From contig JBITNC010000001.1 of NCBI GenBank assembly GCA_050084985.1, positions 160,580,001 to 160,644,000 on the forward strand: 64,000 nucleotides of DNA, read 5' to 3'. A program made the position numbers and the translations under genes. Source of the stretch: Nageia nagi (taxonomy: Eukaryota; Plantae; Pinophyta). The notes beneath the pieces are model-generated. The model was not told where the DNA came from, did not search any database, and saw only the letters and a list, made by a program, of their open reading frames with translations. Positions within the stretch are counted from its first letter, which is position 1, and each line of letters begins with the position of its first letter. Shown in pieces: positions 1 through 12,789 of this stretch.

Positions 1-1972
1 ATTGATTACAAAATCATATGCATCATTATCTTCTTATTGAAGCACATGGGTATGTCTAAAGGTTTCCCATAGAATGCAATCTTTGGAGAAGTATCTAAAG
101 AAATCTAAAAGAGACGTAATTATTATCTTAAAAACAAAAATTATCTTAAATTGATTGAGTGCTTCGAAGAAGAAAATTATAAAATTGAATAACTAAAGAC
201 CATCGCACAATAAGAGAAGCTAAGGAAGCTCCTTTATGGTGGCCACCACTTTTTAAAGGAGATAAGGCTTAAAATTAGACTCCCATAATTTCCAAATACT
301 TTTGTAGATAAATGACTTGGAGATAGTAATTGGCACTTGGGCTACTATGATGGAAGCCAAGTCTATTCTTCTCTAGCATTTCTTACCAAATAGAATAGCT
401 TAAAATATACAATGTTAAGTTAATATATTACAAGATTATGAACCCTTTAAATCATTAATGATCCACTTGACACTTAAGGAAAAGACTTGATGTTGATAAT
501 TGAAAAGATTGATACCTCATGATATTATGGGAAGACAACAAAATTCTTAGGAAACTCTATGTAAGCATTTTTTTTCTTTGGTTTTGGTACAAAGAATATC
601 TTTGAGAAGTTTTTCTATCTTATTGTAGTAGGCTTGATATGGAACCCAATAAGATAGAATTAGATATATGAGCACAAGTAAGGATCTTTGAGTAAATGTT
701 TAACTTTCTAGATAGGGATAGTTTCTTAGAGACCCAATAAGATAATTGTTTCCCATAATTTAGATAACATACTCCCAAATTGGGTAGGGATAATTTGAAA
801 TACCATTGGGATACATAAGGATTTAAATATTTTACATAGTATAATCTAATACTAATGGTAAGAAGTTAGTTGATTAGGTTTTTTTGTAGAAAATTATCCA
901 TAGCAAGCCATCTTATTCCATTGAATACTTGATCTTGATGCTTTACAAAAACTATCAAAGAAAGTAAAGTCTTGACACACTGAATTCTTGTGTTCCTTTA
1001 AAGCATAGAAAGAATCATCCACAAAATGCCTTTTGATTAATTATCCATTATTTATTAGAAGTTAAATTCTATGAAATAGCCATTGAGAAGTTTTTCTTGT
1101 TAGCAAATAGCCAAATGCTTTAATTTCCATAATATATAAAAAGGGGCAAGAGGGAAACCATATCTAAAGATCTAAAGAGACTAATTGTGACTATCTAAAT
1201 GACATCAAGAGTAAGTGTTCTTGTAAATGATTGAAAAGAATCTAATTTCTTAAGAATGAAAAGAATAGAAGTGCATTCAATCTTGAATAAGACTTTTTGA
1301 AGTCAATTTTGATGAAAATTGCATCTTGATAAGAAGATCGAGCATGTTCCACACCTTTCTATATAAAAATCAAATTATCAAGAATGTATTTATTTTAAAT
1401 GAAATCCATTTATTTAGGATGAATAATGTAGGGATAAAGACCTTAGAATAAAGGATAAAGCTTTAGTTGTGATCTTGTAGGTCATAATGAGTAGAGCAAT
1501 AGGTCTCTAGTTAGTGAGAAGTTTAGGATCTCCTAACTTGGGGATGAACCTTATATTTTCCTTTGTTATTTATGTGACCCTAGAAGCCTTTGGAAAGAGC
1601 TTCATGATAAATAAAAAGAGGTTCTAGATCAACTACATGTTCCCAAATCACTTTGCAAAATTCACATTGAAAATCTTTTTCATTTACCATATTATAGAGA
1701 GTCACTTCTAGATCCTTGAGGGAGGGAGGACAATCAAATGCAACCTTTTAAGAGGGAAATAACTTCTTTGATACAAATGTACAATATTTAAATATGGAAT
1801 TTTATATATCCATGGTAAGTTCTTATGCTATAAATACTGTTACTAATGCTTTAAAAATATATTACAAATATTGAAGGGCTAGGTAACTCTTATACCCATA
1901 TACAAGATGCATTTAAATTGCACAACTCATTTTGTGGATCTAAGATATTGGAGGAACTTATTTGATACTTTG
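1..1972 (-). mobile_element. Decayed L1-type LINE ORF2 (RT region) fragment; DNA-level duplicate of 24706-26681
   Basis: Colinear with 24706-26681 (about 19 differences in the first 600 bp by eye). The minus strand near 1440-1560 reads GNIRFIPKLGDPKLLTN*RPIALLIMTYKITTKAL, the L1 RT N-terminal motif also seen in ORF 51117. Confidence 0.85.
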
Positions 1973-4821
1973 GAAGAACTAAAGATTACATCTCCTGGAC
2001 TAAATGGCATACATAACAAATCTATTGATATACATTTACACAACAAGAATAACTTTTTCTAATGTTATAACAACTTTCTAAAATTTAATCATACTAAAAA
2101 AATTACTATTCTACCACCAAAATTGCTATGCTAGGTCTCTTCCAATCTATTTAATGCCATCTTCAACAAATATGATCCAACATCATCCACATTTGAATTA
2201 GGAAAATACAACATATTGAACATCTTTTGGTTTCCTCTCATGTGATGCACCTCACACCAACATTTAATAAGGCCATCATTCTTAGCTAGGTGTGAATCTT
2301 CATCCACACACCCAATAATCTTCCACTTGAAGACTGATTCACTACTTTAGATAACAACACAACTTCATCTTCTTCTTATGATGCTCCATAAGCTTTTGTT
2401 TGTTCATCTTAGATCAACCATATCCTCATGCAATCTTCATCAACTCTTTCCTTTTACCGTCACTGCTCTTTTTTCATCATACATACAAAACACCATGCAC
2501 CATCTAGCCTTATGGAATGTCAACTCTCACTCTTTCTTGGATTTCCTTGCATAAACACTCACCACCATCAATATGTAAATTATTTAAAATGATAGAGAAC
2601 TTTAGACTTCACCTCCATATTCAAACATCCTTGTGGAATTTCTTTTATCTTGATGCTAAACATCCTTTGCACCCTTGGTATCCATATCACCTCCTTGAAG
2701 TCTTCTCCTACAAGATCTCATACGATCTCCAACATCATTTCTCCCATTGCTTCTTCAATTTTTGCACTTTTGCAATGGAAACAACTACTTTCAAATTTCA
2801 AATCCATAAACAAAAATGGAGAAGGAATGAGATAAGAAGATCTATTTTGGTCAAACTTATTAAATACCGAACATTAAGCTCTGATACCACTTGTTGGAAT
2901 TGCCCAATAGAAATAATTGCATCATCCTCTCTTCATCTATTTGCAAGCTTTGCAAACATGGATTTCTCCTCACACAAAAAATCATAATCATTCTATAGTG
3001 ATTACAATATTTCTTTCATTTTCATATCAACAGGAATACATGGATTCAGATATACCATTTCAACATTACAACTTTCTATATGCCCTTCTAGCATTAGCAC
3101 ACTTAGTCCCAAGAACATCCTAACATTAAATTCACTTAGTAATACAACCTCGATATTAGAACCTCACCTAGAGATTACATATCTCTATTATCTACCCCTC
3201 TCCTAGATTTATTGGCATGCATAATAAATATATTTACATAACAATAATAACTTTATCTTATGCTATAAAAATGTTCTAATATTTAATCACGCTAAAATAA
3301 AATTACTATTCTACCACCAAAAATGCTATGTTGGGTCTCTTCCAATCCATTGAACATCATCTTCAACAAATGCGACTCGACATCATCGACATTAAAATTA
3401 GGGCTATCATTCCTATCTAGTTGTAAATATTTCTCTAGACATCCAATAGTTTACCACTTGGAGACTTATTCACTATTTCAAATAGTAGCACAAACTCATC
3501 TTCTTCTTATGATGCTCCATGAACTCCTCCTAGTTCATCCTAGATCAACCATATCCTCATGTAATCTTCATCAAGTATTTCTTTACATCCTTGTCCCTTT
3601 GTATACATCTTGCATACAAAACACCATGCACCATCCAACCTTGTGGATTGCCAACTCCTACTCTTTCTTGGATTCCCTTGCATAAACACTCACAACCGTC
3701 AATATGCATTTGAAACTACAAGGAACTTCAAAGATTTCACCTCCATCTTCAAACATTCTTGGTGAAATTTTCAAGGTTTTCCTGATGTTGAAGATCCTTT
3801 GCACCCTTGGTATCCATATCAACTCCTTGAATCCTTCTTCTATAATATCTCATCCGATCTCCAACATCATTGCTTCTTCAATTTTTACACTTTAAAATTG
3901 AAACAGCTATTTTCCAATTTACAAGCCATACATAGAACTAGGGAAGGAATGAGACAAGGAGCTCCCATTTACCATTCATTTGATTTCCCAAAATTCAATT
4001 ATTTATGAGCTCACATTGGTCAGCAACCTATCTTTGCTATATCCTCCCAACTCCCACTAAAATCGTAATTCATCAAACATGATAAATGCCCATCATTAGA
4101 CTCTAATACCACTTATTAGGATTTAGACTTCTAGTTTATGTGTGAACAAAATTGAAAAACAAAAATAAATAAACATGCAAATAAAGAACATAAAAATTTA
4201 ACAAGATTCACTCAACATCTTGTTAAGCTACATCCTTAGAAAAGTACCAGCATAGTAATTCAAATATTCTAACAATTACAATATACAAGAAGGAAGAACC
4301 GAGTAATAGAAATAACTGTAACACCCTATCTGCATCTTTCTACAAGCTTCTCAAATATGGGTTTACCTCACCCACAAAACACTGTAATCACTCCACTATG
4401 ATTACAACATTCCTCTCATTTTGACACCAGGAGGAATATATTGATTAAGGTATGCCATATTTGGTATTACAACTCTATTTATGCCCTTTGGACATTACCA
4501 CACTTAGTGCTAAGAACATCATAACATTACAATCATTTGGCAATATAACCCCGACATTACAACCCCACCTAGAGATTATATCTTTCTAGTATTTACTGCT
4601 CTCTTGAACTAATTGATGTACATAAAAAATCTATTTATATACATTTACACAACAATAATAATTTTATCTTATGTTATAACAACTTTCTAATATTTAATCA
4701 TACAAAAATAAAATTATTGTTTGAACTACTATGCTAAGTCTCATTTTATTCCATTTAATGCCTTCTTCAACAAACACAATCCTACATTGTCCATATTCGA
4801 ATTAGGAAACACAACATATTG
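1973..4821 (-). mobile_element. Tandem array of miniature non-autonomous Copia-type LTR units (LTR-internal-LTR-internal-LTR; TRIM-like)
   Basis: tRNA-iMet PBS TGGTATCAGAGC (minus, 2878-2889) plus a variant at about 4100-4111. PPT-like AAGTGGAAGAT abuts 2317, with a variant abutting 3448. Three mutually similar LTRs (about 1973-2317 truncated, 2892-3448, 4114-4821) and two similar internal regions (2318-2891, 3449-4113). Confidence 0.75.
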
Positions 4822-5387
4822 TTCTCCCTTGGAATTGATTTGTTGAATGGATTCATTGTTTCTCCTCAAAATTGATTTATTCATTCAAATTTCAGATTTA
4901 CGATTTTGTTAGAATTGATTTCTTGATTTACTAGAAAAAATCTTACATATTTAAAATAATTAATATAATGGGTTAATTAGTATTAAAATTTTTAAAAATC
5001 TAATAAAATCGATTAATTGCTTATGCATCGATAACACTACATTCAAGCTCTTCCAACCCTAATGCAACTATAGAAAGCCTTTCAAGGTAATAACTTAAAA
5101 AGTTTATAATAACCTAAAATTTCATAGAGAAGAAAACTAAAATAAAAATAATTTTTGAATTTTAAGAGTATTTATTTAATTTCTAAAAATTAAAAAAAGG
5201 TATTTTCTTAATTTCATGAATTATAAAGGTATTTTTCTAAGTTTCCATAAAACAAAAAAATATATTTTGCATTAATTAAATCTCAAATATATATGGCAGA
5301 AAAATCATAAAAGTTCTAAATATAAGAAGAACTAGCCATAGTCTCAATAACCAAACCTTGTCGAGTCCTCAACATAAATCAATACTG

Positions 5388-7347
5388 CTACCCATTTGAG
5401 ACTCCCGTCATAGAGATTGTATCAGAAGTAGTTTGATACTTCCTCTTATAATATCCTAGCTTCGTCTCTGTTTCTTGAAGTTTAACTAACAAATCTGTGA
5501 CTATTTGTCGCTCGACCTCATATCGTTGCTCTGCCTTATCTGCTCTCTGCATCTCTCGTTCCCACATACCCCACCAATCTCTTGGAGGAGAATTCCTCTC
5601 CCTCTCTCTCATTGTTTCGTGTAAGTGCTCAATTTTATTCCGTAGCATGTTCACCTCCTGTGAACACTCAAGAATGCGAGAGTTTAGATCTTCTCTCATT
5701 CGCTTCTCCTCTTGGTGCCGTAAGCTAAGCTCAACCATGGCAATGAACACATCACTATGTCGCCCACTTCTCTTCGCTACATGTTTGCGTACATCCTCTC
5801 CACCTTCGAGAGCAAGATTACTGGTAGCCTGTATAAGAGATCTCCATTCCTCTACACTAGCTATAAAACCATAAGAACAATATATTTTTTATTAGTAATT
5901 GATTAATATCTAGAAATCTTATTTTAATCATTTAACTGACTAATATAAAATACCTGGATCACCCTCATACCATGTCATGCCCTGGTGTATGACTTGATTT
6001 GCATGGACTCCAAAATGGAGTCATCACCTACATAACCCACCTTATTGCCACTGAAAAAGTTCACACATACTCCAATATCCAGAATCCAGTTGGAGGAAGC
6101 AAATGAACTGCTATACAATGCTGTTACCTCACATTGGCTTTGGTTTTGATTTGGAGATGCTTCCTTGTGAATGGGGAACTCCACATAGATTCGGTTGAGG
6201 AGGAAGCAAACGGATTTCACAACTTTATCTCTGAAATCAACTTCATTTTCGTCTTTGCCAAAATATAATCCATTAATGGAACGAACTTCTTTTAGAGCAT
6301 CTTGCCATTTACTTCTTGTATCATTGCTTTCCTCTAACTTTTGCCATTCTGAACTGTCCTTTGTGATGTTAGAGAGTTCTTTTGGGCTAATCATGAAGAA
6401 TACCGGCAATATTTTAAGGTGGGCGTTTTCCCCTGAATTTATGGCGCCAATGAAAGCGGACAGTTCAAGCATTGGCCATTTTGAACTAATAAATTCCTTG
6501 GATAGAACCACGACCGCTATTTTGCATGTTTGAGCGGCTTTAAATATAAGAGGAAATTGCTGGGCAAGTGGCAAGCTTTTGTGATCCTCGTCAAAGAAGC
6601 ATGTAATATGTTGTGTCGTCAGGTCTCGATAAAGCTGCCGAACAAAGTTTTTCTGTTTGCCACTGTGACTCAGAAATACATCCTTATTCTCCCCGTCAAC
6701 TTTTCCCCATTGAACGTCACTGCCGACAAGTATAATAGCGGACTAATCAGCCGCATAATCTACAAGTTAATAGTGGACTATTAAAAACAAAATTATAGAT
6801 AAGGGAAGGACATTTATCCTGAAGGATATTAAGATTCATTATCATAAGGAGAAGACGCGTGACCAAGAGTTAAATTTACATTGAGTCCATATTACCAATG
6901 TTTTGAAGATCTTAATTCCTCCCTAGCTGATTGGATAGCCTTGGAGCGCTCCCAACCACACAAGTTCTGATTGTTTTCCGCCATGTTTGCTCTACAAAAT
7001 GCTTCCGTGGCAAGCAGTACCCATAATAACAATAGTTGGAATGACCAGCTCATTTTGACCATAAATCGTTCTGGTGCTCGTTTGTTAGAGTGTTCTCTTA
7101 TCCTTCTAACCAATTTTTGTGCACGATCTACACGGTATGAAACATTTAAATCACTATAATCCCAATGGTAGAAATGTAAACATTAAAATAAGGCTACCAC
7201 TTTTCAACTGCGAGAAGAAGTAAATCTAGTTTGCAAACCAAGCATTCTTAAAAGCTTTAATGCAAAATAAAGATTTACTGAAGAGGGAAACACACCTGAA
7301 AACCCATCCACTGTTGATAGTTTCCTTCTAGACCTCATTCTTGTCAT
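5388..7347 (-). CDS. TIR-domain protein (TIR-X; no NB-ARC/LRR) with C-terminal coiled coil; exons 7347-7296, 7127-6896, 6719-6128, 5981-5954, 5860-5388; 458 aa
   Basis: Exon 3 encodes DVFLSHSGKQKNFVRQLYRDL..CFFDED..SLPL..AVVVLSKEFISSKWPMLELSAF..ILPVFF, a TIR domain with the catalytic Glu. All four introns are GT-AG with compatible phases (1,2,0,1), giving a stop-free 1377-nt CDS. The 5' exons are less certain; an alternative start is ATG 6984. Confidence 0.8.
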
Positions 7348-8171
7348 GGGATAAGACCATAATTATCACGAGGAAACATCATGACACCGCACTAATTCAT
7401 TGATATCAGACGGAATCCTGATCATGCAACTCCATTATCTCGGTATGTATAAAGAGTGTATACGTTGTGTTCATCGTGCGGATAGCGTAACTACTGTATG
7501 CATTTGAACTCGCACGGCAGTTATATCTTCGTGATGCCCAATGCATATATTCAATGGATCTCCGTGATAGCCAATGTATGGTTTGGCCTTTTTAGCCCAC
7601 CGTTGTAAAAGTAGTCGTCTAATTCTGATCTTTATCATCCATTCTTCGATCTCAGCTCTGCTTTCGTTGAAGGTGCGGGTTTCTATCCCCACCACCCACA
7701 GATGATGATATTGAGGTTGTTCAATCAAATATGAAACTCGGTGGTCATCCTATGTTCCTTCCACGGTTTTAAATTTTCTAGAGATTGCTACATTGTTCAT
7801 GTCAACCATTAGAATATTCCTGCTACTGCTTTTCTATTGCACAACGAATATAGCAGATATAAGACGTTCAAGAGACACATCATCATAGAAGATAAGGATG
7901 TTCAACGGTTAAACCAACGTGGATTTGTGAAAAGCAATGTTCGATGCTAAGCATTTTCTATCACGACTAAAACTGCATCATAGAAACTCACCATGAATAG
8001 ATGTGGTCCACAACAAAATGACTAGAGGGTTTCCATTTTCAACCAAGAAGATGCTTGGGGAAGTATACGGGGCCTTTTAATCGATTTCTGGTACGAACTA
8101 TTTTTTAATATTTGTTAGAAAAAGTATTACTTTTTCAATAATAGTTTTTTTTTTTTTCAATTTCAATTAGG

Positions 8172-8525
8172 AAGCATGGCATGGTGATTTTTCAAGATCG
8201 TCATGCGATTCTTTTCTTTACTTTTAAAATTTTATGTTTGGTCATTTTATCTATGTAAAAAAAAATGAAATAAATTATTAAATGTTGGATTGGATAAAAG
8301 CTTTTTGTGGTATTTGAACTCAGGTCATTACATTCAAATTTCAATGCTTTAACTTTATATCATAGTATAGATGATGAATTGATTACAAGTAATCAAATTA
8401 TTTTTGAAAAACATATCTTATGAATAATCGTTAAGCAGTTCTCTAAAATCTCACGTCATTCTATTTAAAAAAAATTAAAAATAAAGAGAAGAATCGCCGA
8501 CGGTTCTAGAGAATCCATATGCTTT
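8172..8525. mobile_element. Putative decayed MITE upstream of the TIR gene
   Basis: Imperfect inverted repeats: ATGGTGATTTTTCAAGATCGTCATGCGATTCTTTTCTTTA (8181-8220) versus the reverse complement of TAAAGAGAAGAATCGCCGACGGTTCTAGAGAATCCAT (8482-8518). No TSD resolved. Confidence 0.45.
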
Positions 8526-10729
8526 GTCAATAATGTTCCTCGGTAACGGAAATGATTCAAAGACACAAAATACCGTTACGCATTCCATCTTTGCAGTCCT
8601 TGTATTTCAAACAAAAAAGTTCAAGTAATGAAGTTTATTTTTAATGTTTGTTTTCTCTAATGATGTTACGAGCTTTTACATTGAACCTCAATTTGTCGTT
8701 CAGACATGCTATGTACAAATCTCTTAAGACCTTCGTTACTAATAAACACATTGGGTTTCATAACAGAAGGTTTCCATGCATTGATAATGGTTTCTAGACA
8801 GAGATCGTTCTCACCAATATCCTCTTATTTTGGTTATCATAATAGACCTAACATCTTTGCTTTTCTCATTTTCGTATATGTTGTCTCTATTCAGTATATT
8901 GAAGGATGTGTTTCCTTCACAACTTATTTACACGCATTAAACTTAAGAACTCGACCTCTCCTCCACTCCTTGGCCTATATCATTATTCTTCAAGTTTAAA
9001 GGATGGGTTTTGTGGCCCTCTATTTATGTTTGCACTCAAGTTTAATTTTATTAAATTTAAACTAAATATTGATTTTCCATCTACATGTTTTCAAATTGTT
9101 CCACTTTTTTAATACATACATTTTTAATGTATGTGATTTATTTTAGTTTTTTTTTTTAAGTTTGTCATTTGATACAGGGTATCATGAACTTTTAAGTTAA
9201 GAGTCGTAATTGAAGGGAATTCATGTTGTAAAAAATTATTGGAGCATGATCCCCATCTCATCTGTACCTATCATCAACTGGATAGAATTTAAGGTATGTT
9301 TCAACTTTTAGGGGAAAAGAGTTTTGAATCTCAGCCTTCCATATATGAGAGCTTTGAACTACCCACCTCTCCAACTCCCCTATTGACCAATTCATTATGT
9401 GATTTAATTTCAATACATTAATTTGTAGTTTTAATATTTAGTATTATTACTTAATATAGATTTCTTTTCTAGCATTATCTTTTATGTATTGTATTTTTCA
9501 TATTCAAAATTATGTACTATATATTATATGGATTTAATTCTAGATATATTGAAGGAAATGAAAGTACTTAGTATTTTCTTATATCTATTATAATTATTTG
9601 CATCCCTACCATGATTTCTATCTAATTTTTGGCATTGTTAACAATAGGTAAAATAAACTTTCTTCATATTTATAGCACTCACACCTCATTTTGGATGATA
9701 ATATTAACTTCATATGTAGAGAAGCTTCAAATATCTTAAATATTATCTCTTTATTCATTGATGCTTATATAAATTTCAAACTTAGGGAAAATAACAATAT
9801 ATTAATAATTTTTATATTATGAAATATTTAAAATTAGGATTTCTTCCTTCATATAGATTATAACAAGATGTAGTAGAATTTTGATATCCAAATTAAAACT
9901 TTATATGATATAATTCACAATTTTATTGTTGTTTTTAATATTATAATTTTTATTAATTATAAGAAAATTACATCATTATTTTTTTGACCATACAATATTC
10001 TTTTTGGTAGATCATATATTAATTTGATGAAGGAAATTCTTTCTACATTACAACAATGATTGATAATTTATAATAAATAAAAGTTGAGAGTTAAAAAAGT
10101 GGAATATCCTATATTATCATAAGATAATTCTATAACTCTTATAGATTACATTATTATAAAGAAAATTCTTTAACTTGTAAGAATAAATCAAAATATAATT
10201 TACAACTACAATCCACATATTACATGCATTAGGTTTGTGGCATCATAATATTGAGACAAAATATTAATAAACTAAGAAATTCCTTAAGGATATTCACTAC
10301 TTGAATTAATTATAATCTTTAGCATTATTGATAATAAAATAATAACTTATTAAATCTAATATTATCTTAGTGTCAGTTTTGTAATTTCTAGATATATTAT
10401 ATACATCATCATAAAATATTATTATATTTCAAAAGTATGCTATCAATTATTATTAAAGATAGTCAAATTTATAGAACAAACGTAAGAAAAAAGTATGATT
10501 ATCTTGTTTTCACTTCAAACAATATAATAATACAAAAGGAAGGCTCAACTATTTTTATCTTGAAATTTGGTTTTTATAATGTAAATATCTTAGTTTTAGT
10601 TAGAATTTATGTAGTTAACTACTCTTACATTAAGTCATATAATTAATTATCATTTTTTATATTTATTACTTCTTATAATTATATTATAGGAATTTTATCA
10701 TTATCTAACAACATATATCATGATAATTC

Positions 10730-10850
10730 TTTTTTTTTTTATACTCTAACCTAAGAACATACACACCCCTATAGGTTGGAACTTAAGACCTAGCCATTGT
10801 ACCATCTGCAAGCCCAAGGCCCCACCTATGTGCCACCCTCACTGGGGCTA
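10730..10850 (-). mobile_element. Putative tRNA-derived SINE
   Basis: GC-richer 110-bp island. The minus strand has A-box-like TGGCACATAGGTGG, B-box-like AGTTCCAACC and an A11 tail (T-run 10730-10740). Confidence 0.5.
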
Positions 10851-11287
10851 TTGTATAACATTCATGATTTAATATTATATATTCATTTTAATTAATTGTT
10901 ATTATTGAGAATTTTTAGTTTCAATATATTATGTTAGTTATAGTAATTTAACATATTAGAATATAAAAATAGAATCCATCATGGAATATGGATTTGCAAT
11001 CTTATGCATGGTGGTGATTTAAAATAAAATAATGATTTTTAGGATTTTTCATTTGTTATTGTTTGGTTCATCAACTTGATCTTACTTAACATATTTTTTT
11101 ACTTTTTTTTGTTGGTTAGATAGCCATAATTTTATAACTTGAAAGTACTTTTATATAAATTAACTAAATATACTCCCCATCAATTTTGTACCATGTTACC
11201 TAAATTTTATACATATTCTTATTTTTATGAGTAAATCATGTATTGAACCCAATTACTATAGTGGAAGAATGTAGATTTGAAAGAGAA

Positions 11288-11570
11288 GAAGACTACCATG
11301 TAAGAGGAGAAGATGAGTGTCTTGTTGGAGAAGACAAGTATCTTCTTAAAGAATATAAGCATCTTCTTAAAGAAGATAAAAATCTTATTGGAAGAGACAA
11401 GCATCCAGTGAGATAAGAAGAGCATCTTGTTATAAAAGATAAGCATCTTGTTGTGTAAGATGAACATTTATTATAGAAGATTAGTATCTTATCATATAAG
11501 ATGAGCAACCCATAACTTTAAGAATAGCATCCTTGAGATCGAAGTAAGCATCCTTCAGATCAAGAATAGT
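11288..11570 (+). repeat. Degenerate 21-bp tandem repeat, core AAGATGAGCATCTT
   Basis: About a dozen units with 21-nt period (e.g. aagataagcatcttgttgtgt, aagatgaacatttattataga). Confidence 0.7.
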
Positions 11571-12789
11571 ATCCCTTTTTAAAATGATAAGATAAGGTGA
11601 CTATATCATAATAATTATTTTTGACATGAATTTCAAAGATCTCATTGATGATAGTTTCATGGCTTTACTAGGGTTTCATTTTGAAGTTCTTGAAGAGGCT
11701 ATTACTCATTCATATAAGGTTTTTAGAGGATGTAATGGCTTTTTTTATAGAGATAAAAAAGATTTTTACAATGATGGTGGTTTGAGTAGAGTAGAGTCTA
11801 AGGTTTTAGTACTAGAGGATATTTTAAGAAGTACTATGCATGTGGCAAAAGATAACCCCACAATATCCCAAGGTGTCTATCTACGAGGGGTTCTAGTTGG
11901 TTATTATTGGTTATGTGGGTTGTTTTTGCATTATCGATGAAGAGAATAATTCTTTATTCATTAAGCTTCCACATTTTTTGAAGGCTAAGTTTGATGCTCT
12001 AGGTTGCTTGGTCATAGGGATCTAGGTGATTCCTACTTCCACCTCTCTCGAGTTAAGCATATTGCCTCTTATTCTATTTTGTGTGCTTACACTATCAAAA
12101 GGTGTTATAAGTATGGTATCTTTCGTAGCTTTCTCAAGGCGTATATGGTGATGGATGTAACATTTTTCTTATGTATTATGTCATTGAGGGTTAGCCGTGA
12201 GGCCCTTTATCTTCTCACTTGGGCCATGGCTCTATAGCCTTTATGAGGGGTCTATTTATTCTTGACAGTTCTAGCAAGTCTTTGACCTTTTCATTTTATT
12301 CCAACCAATCATGGTGCAAATTGAAGGTGTTTTTAGCTACCCAAAAGTATTTTTTTATGAGGTTTCTTAGTCTTCACCTCCTTTATTTAGTATTTATTCA
12401 TCGAACATGTGCTAGTGTGTTATGATGGATTGTTGGTATATTTTTACAGATGCTTGTATCCTATCTAGCTAGGTTATGTGGTGTTCTTCCATTAAGGGGC
12501 CTTTGGAGTGGCATGTTGGTTATTATGAGGTTGTACTTATTTACTCCATGTCATTTAATTTTCTTTGTATATGATTCTTTTTATTATAGGTATTATTTCT
12601 TCCTTTAGTTTGTGCTCCTTGGAGCTTGGGTACTCTTATGTTTCTTGGTTTTAGCTCCTAAAGGTTATTTCCTATTCATTTCATCTTGGCATCATTGGTC
12701 CTAAGGAATCCTTCGGAGTGAAGCTTTGGCCCTAGAGAGGTCTTCATTATGTGGCTCTACTTGGAGGAAGGTTTTTTTGGGTATTCTCT

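Noticed and set aside
2517-4008. Plus-strand ORFs of 60-156 aa
   Set aside because: Antisense to the decayed miniature Copia-type units; no protein family evident.
7471-7728. 85-aa minus-strand ORF upstream of the TIR gene
   Set aside because: Non-ATG start, no recognisable family, and no splice path I could support.
11225-11508. Hydrophobic periodic ORFs (also 14806-15024)
   Set aside because: By-products of the 21-bp tandem repeats.
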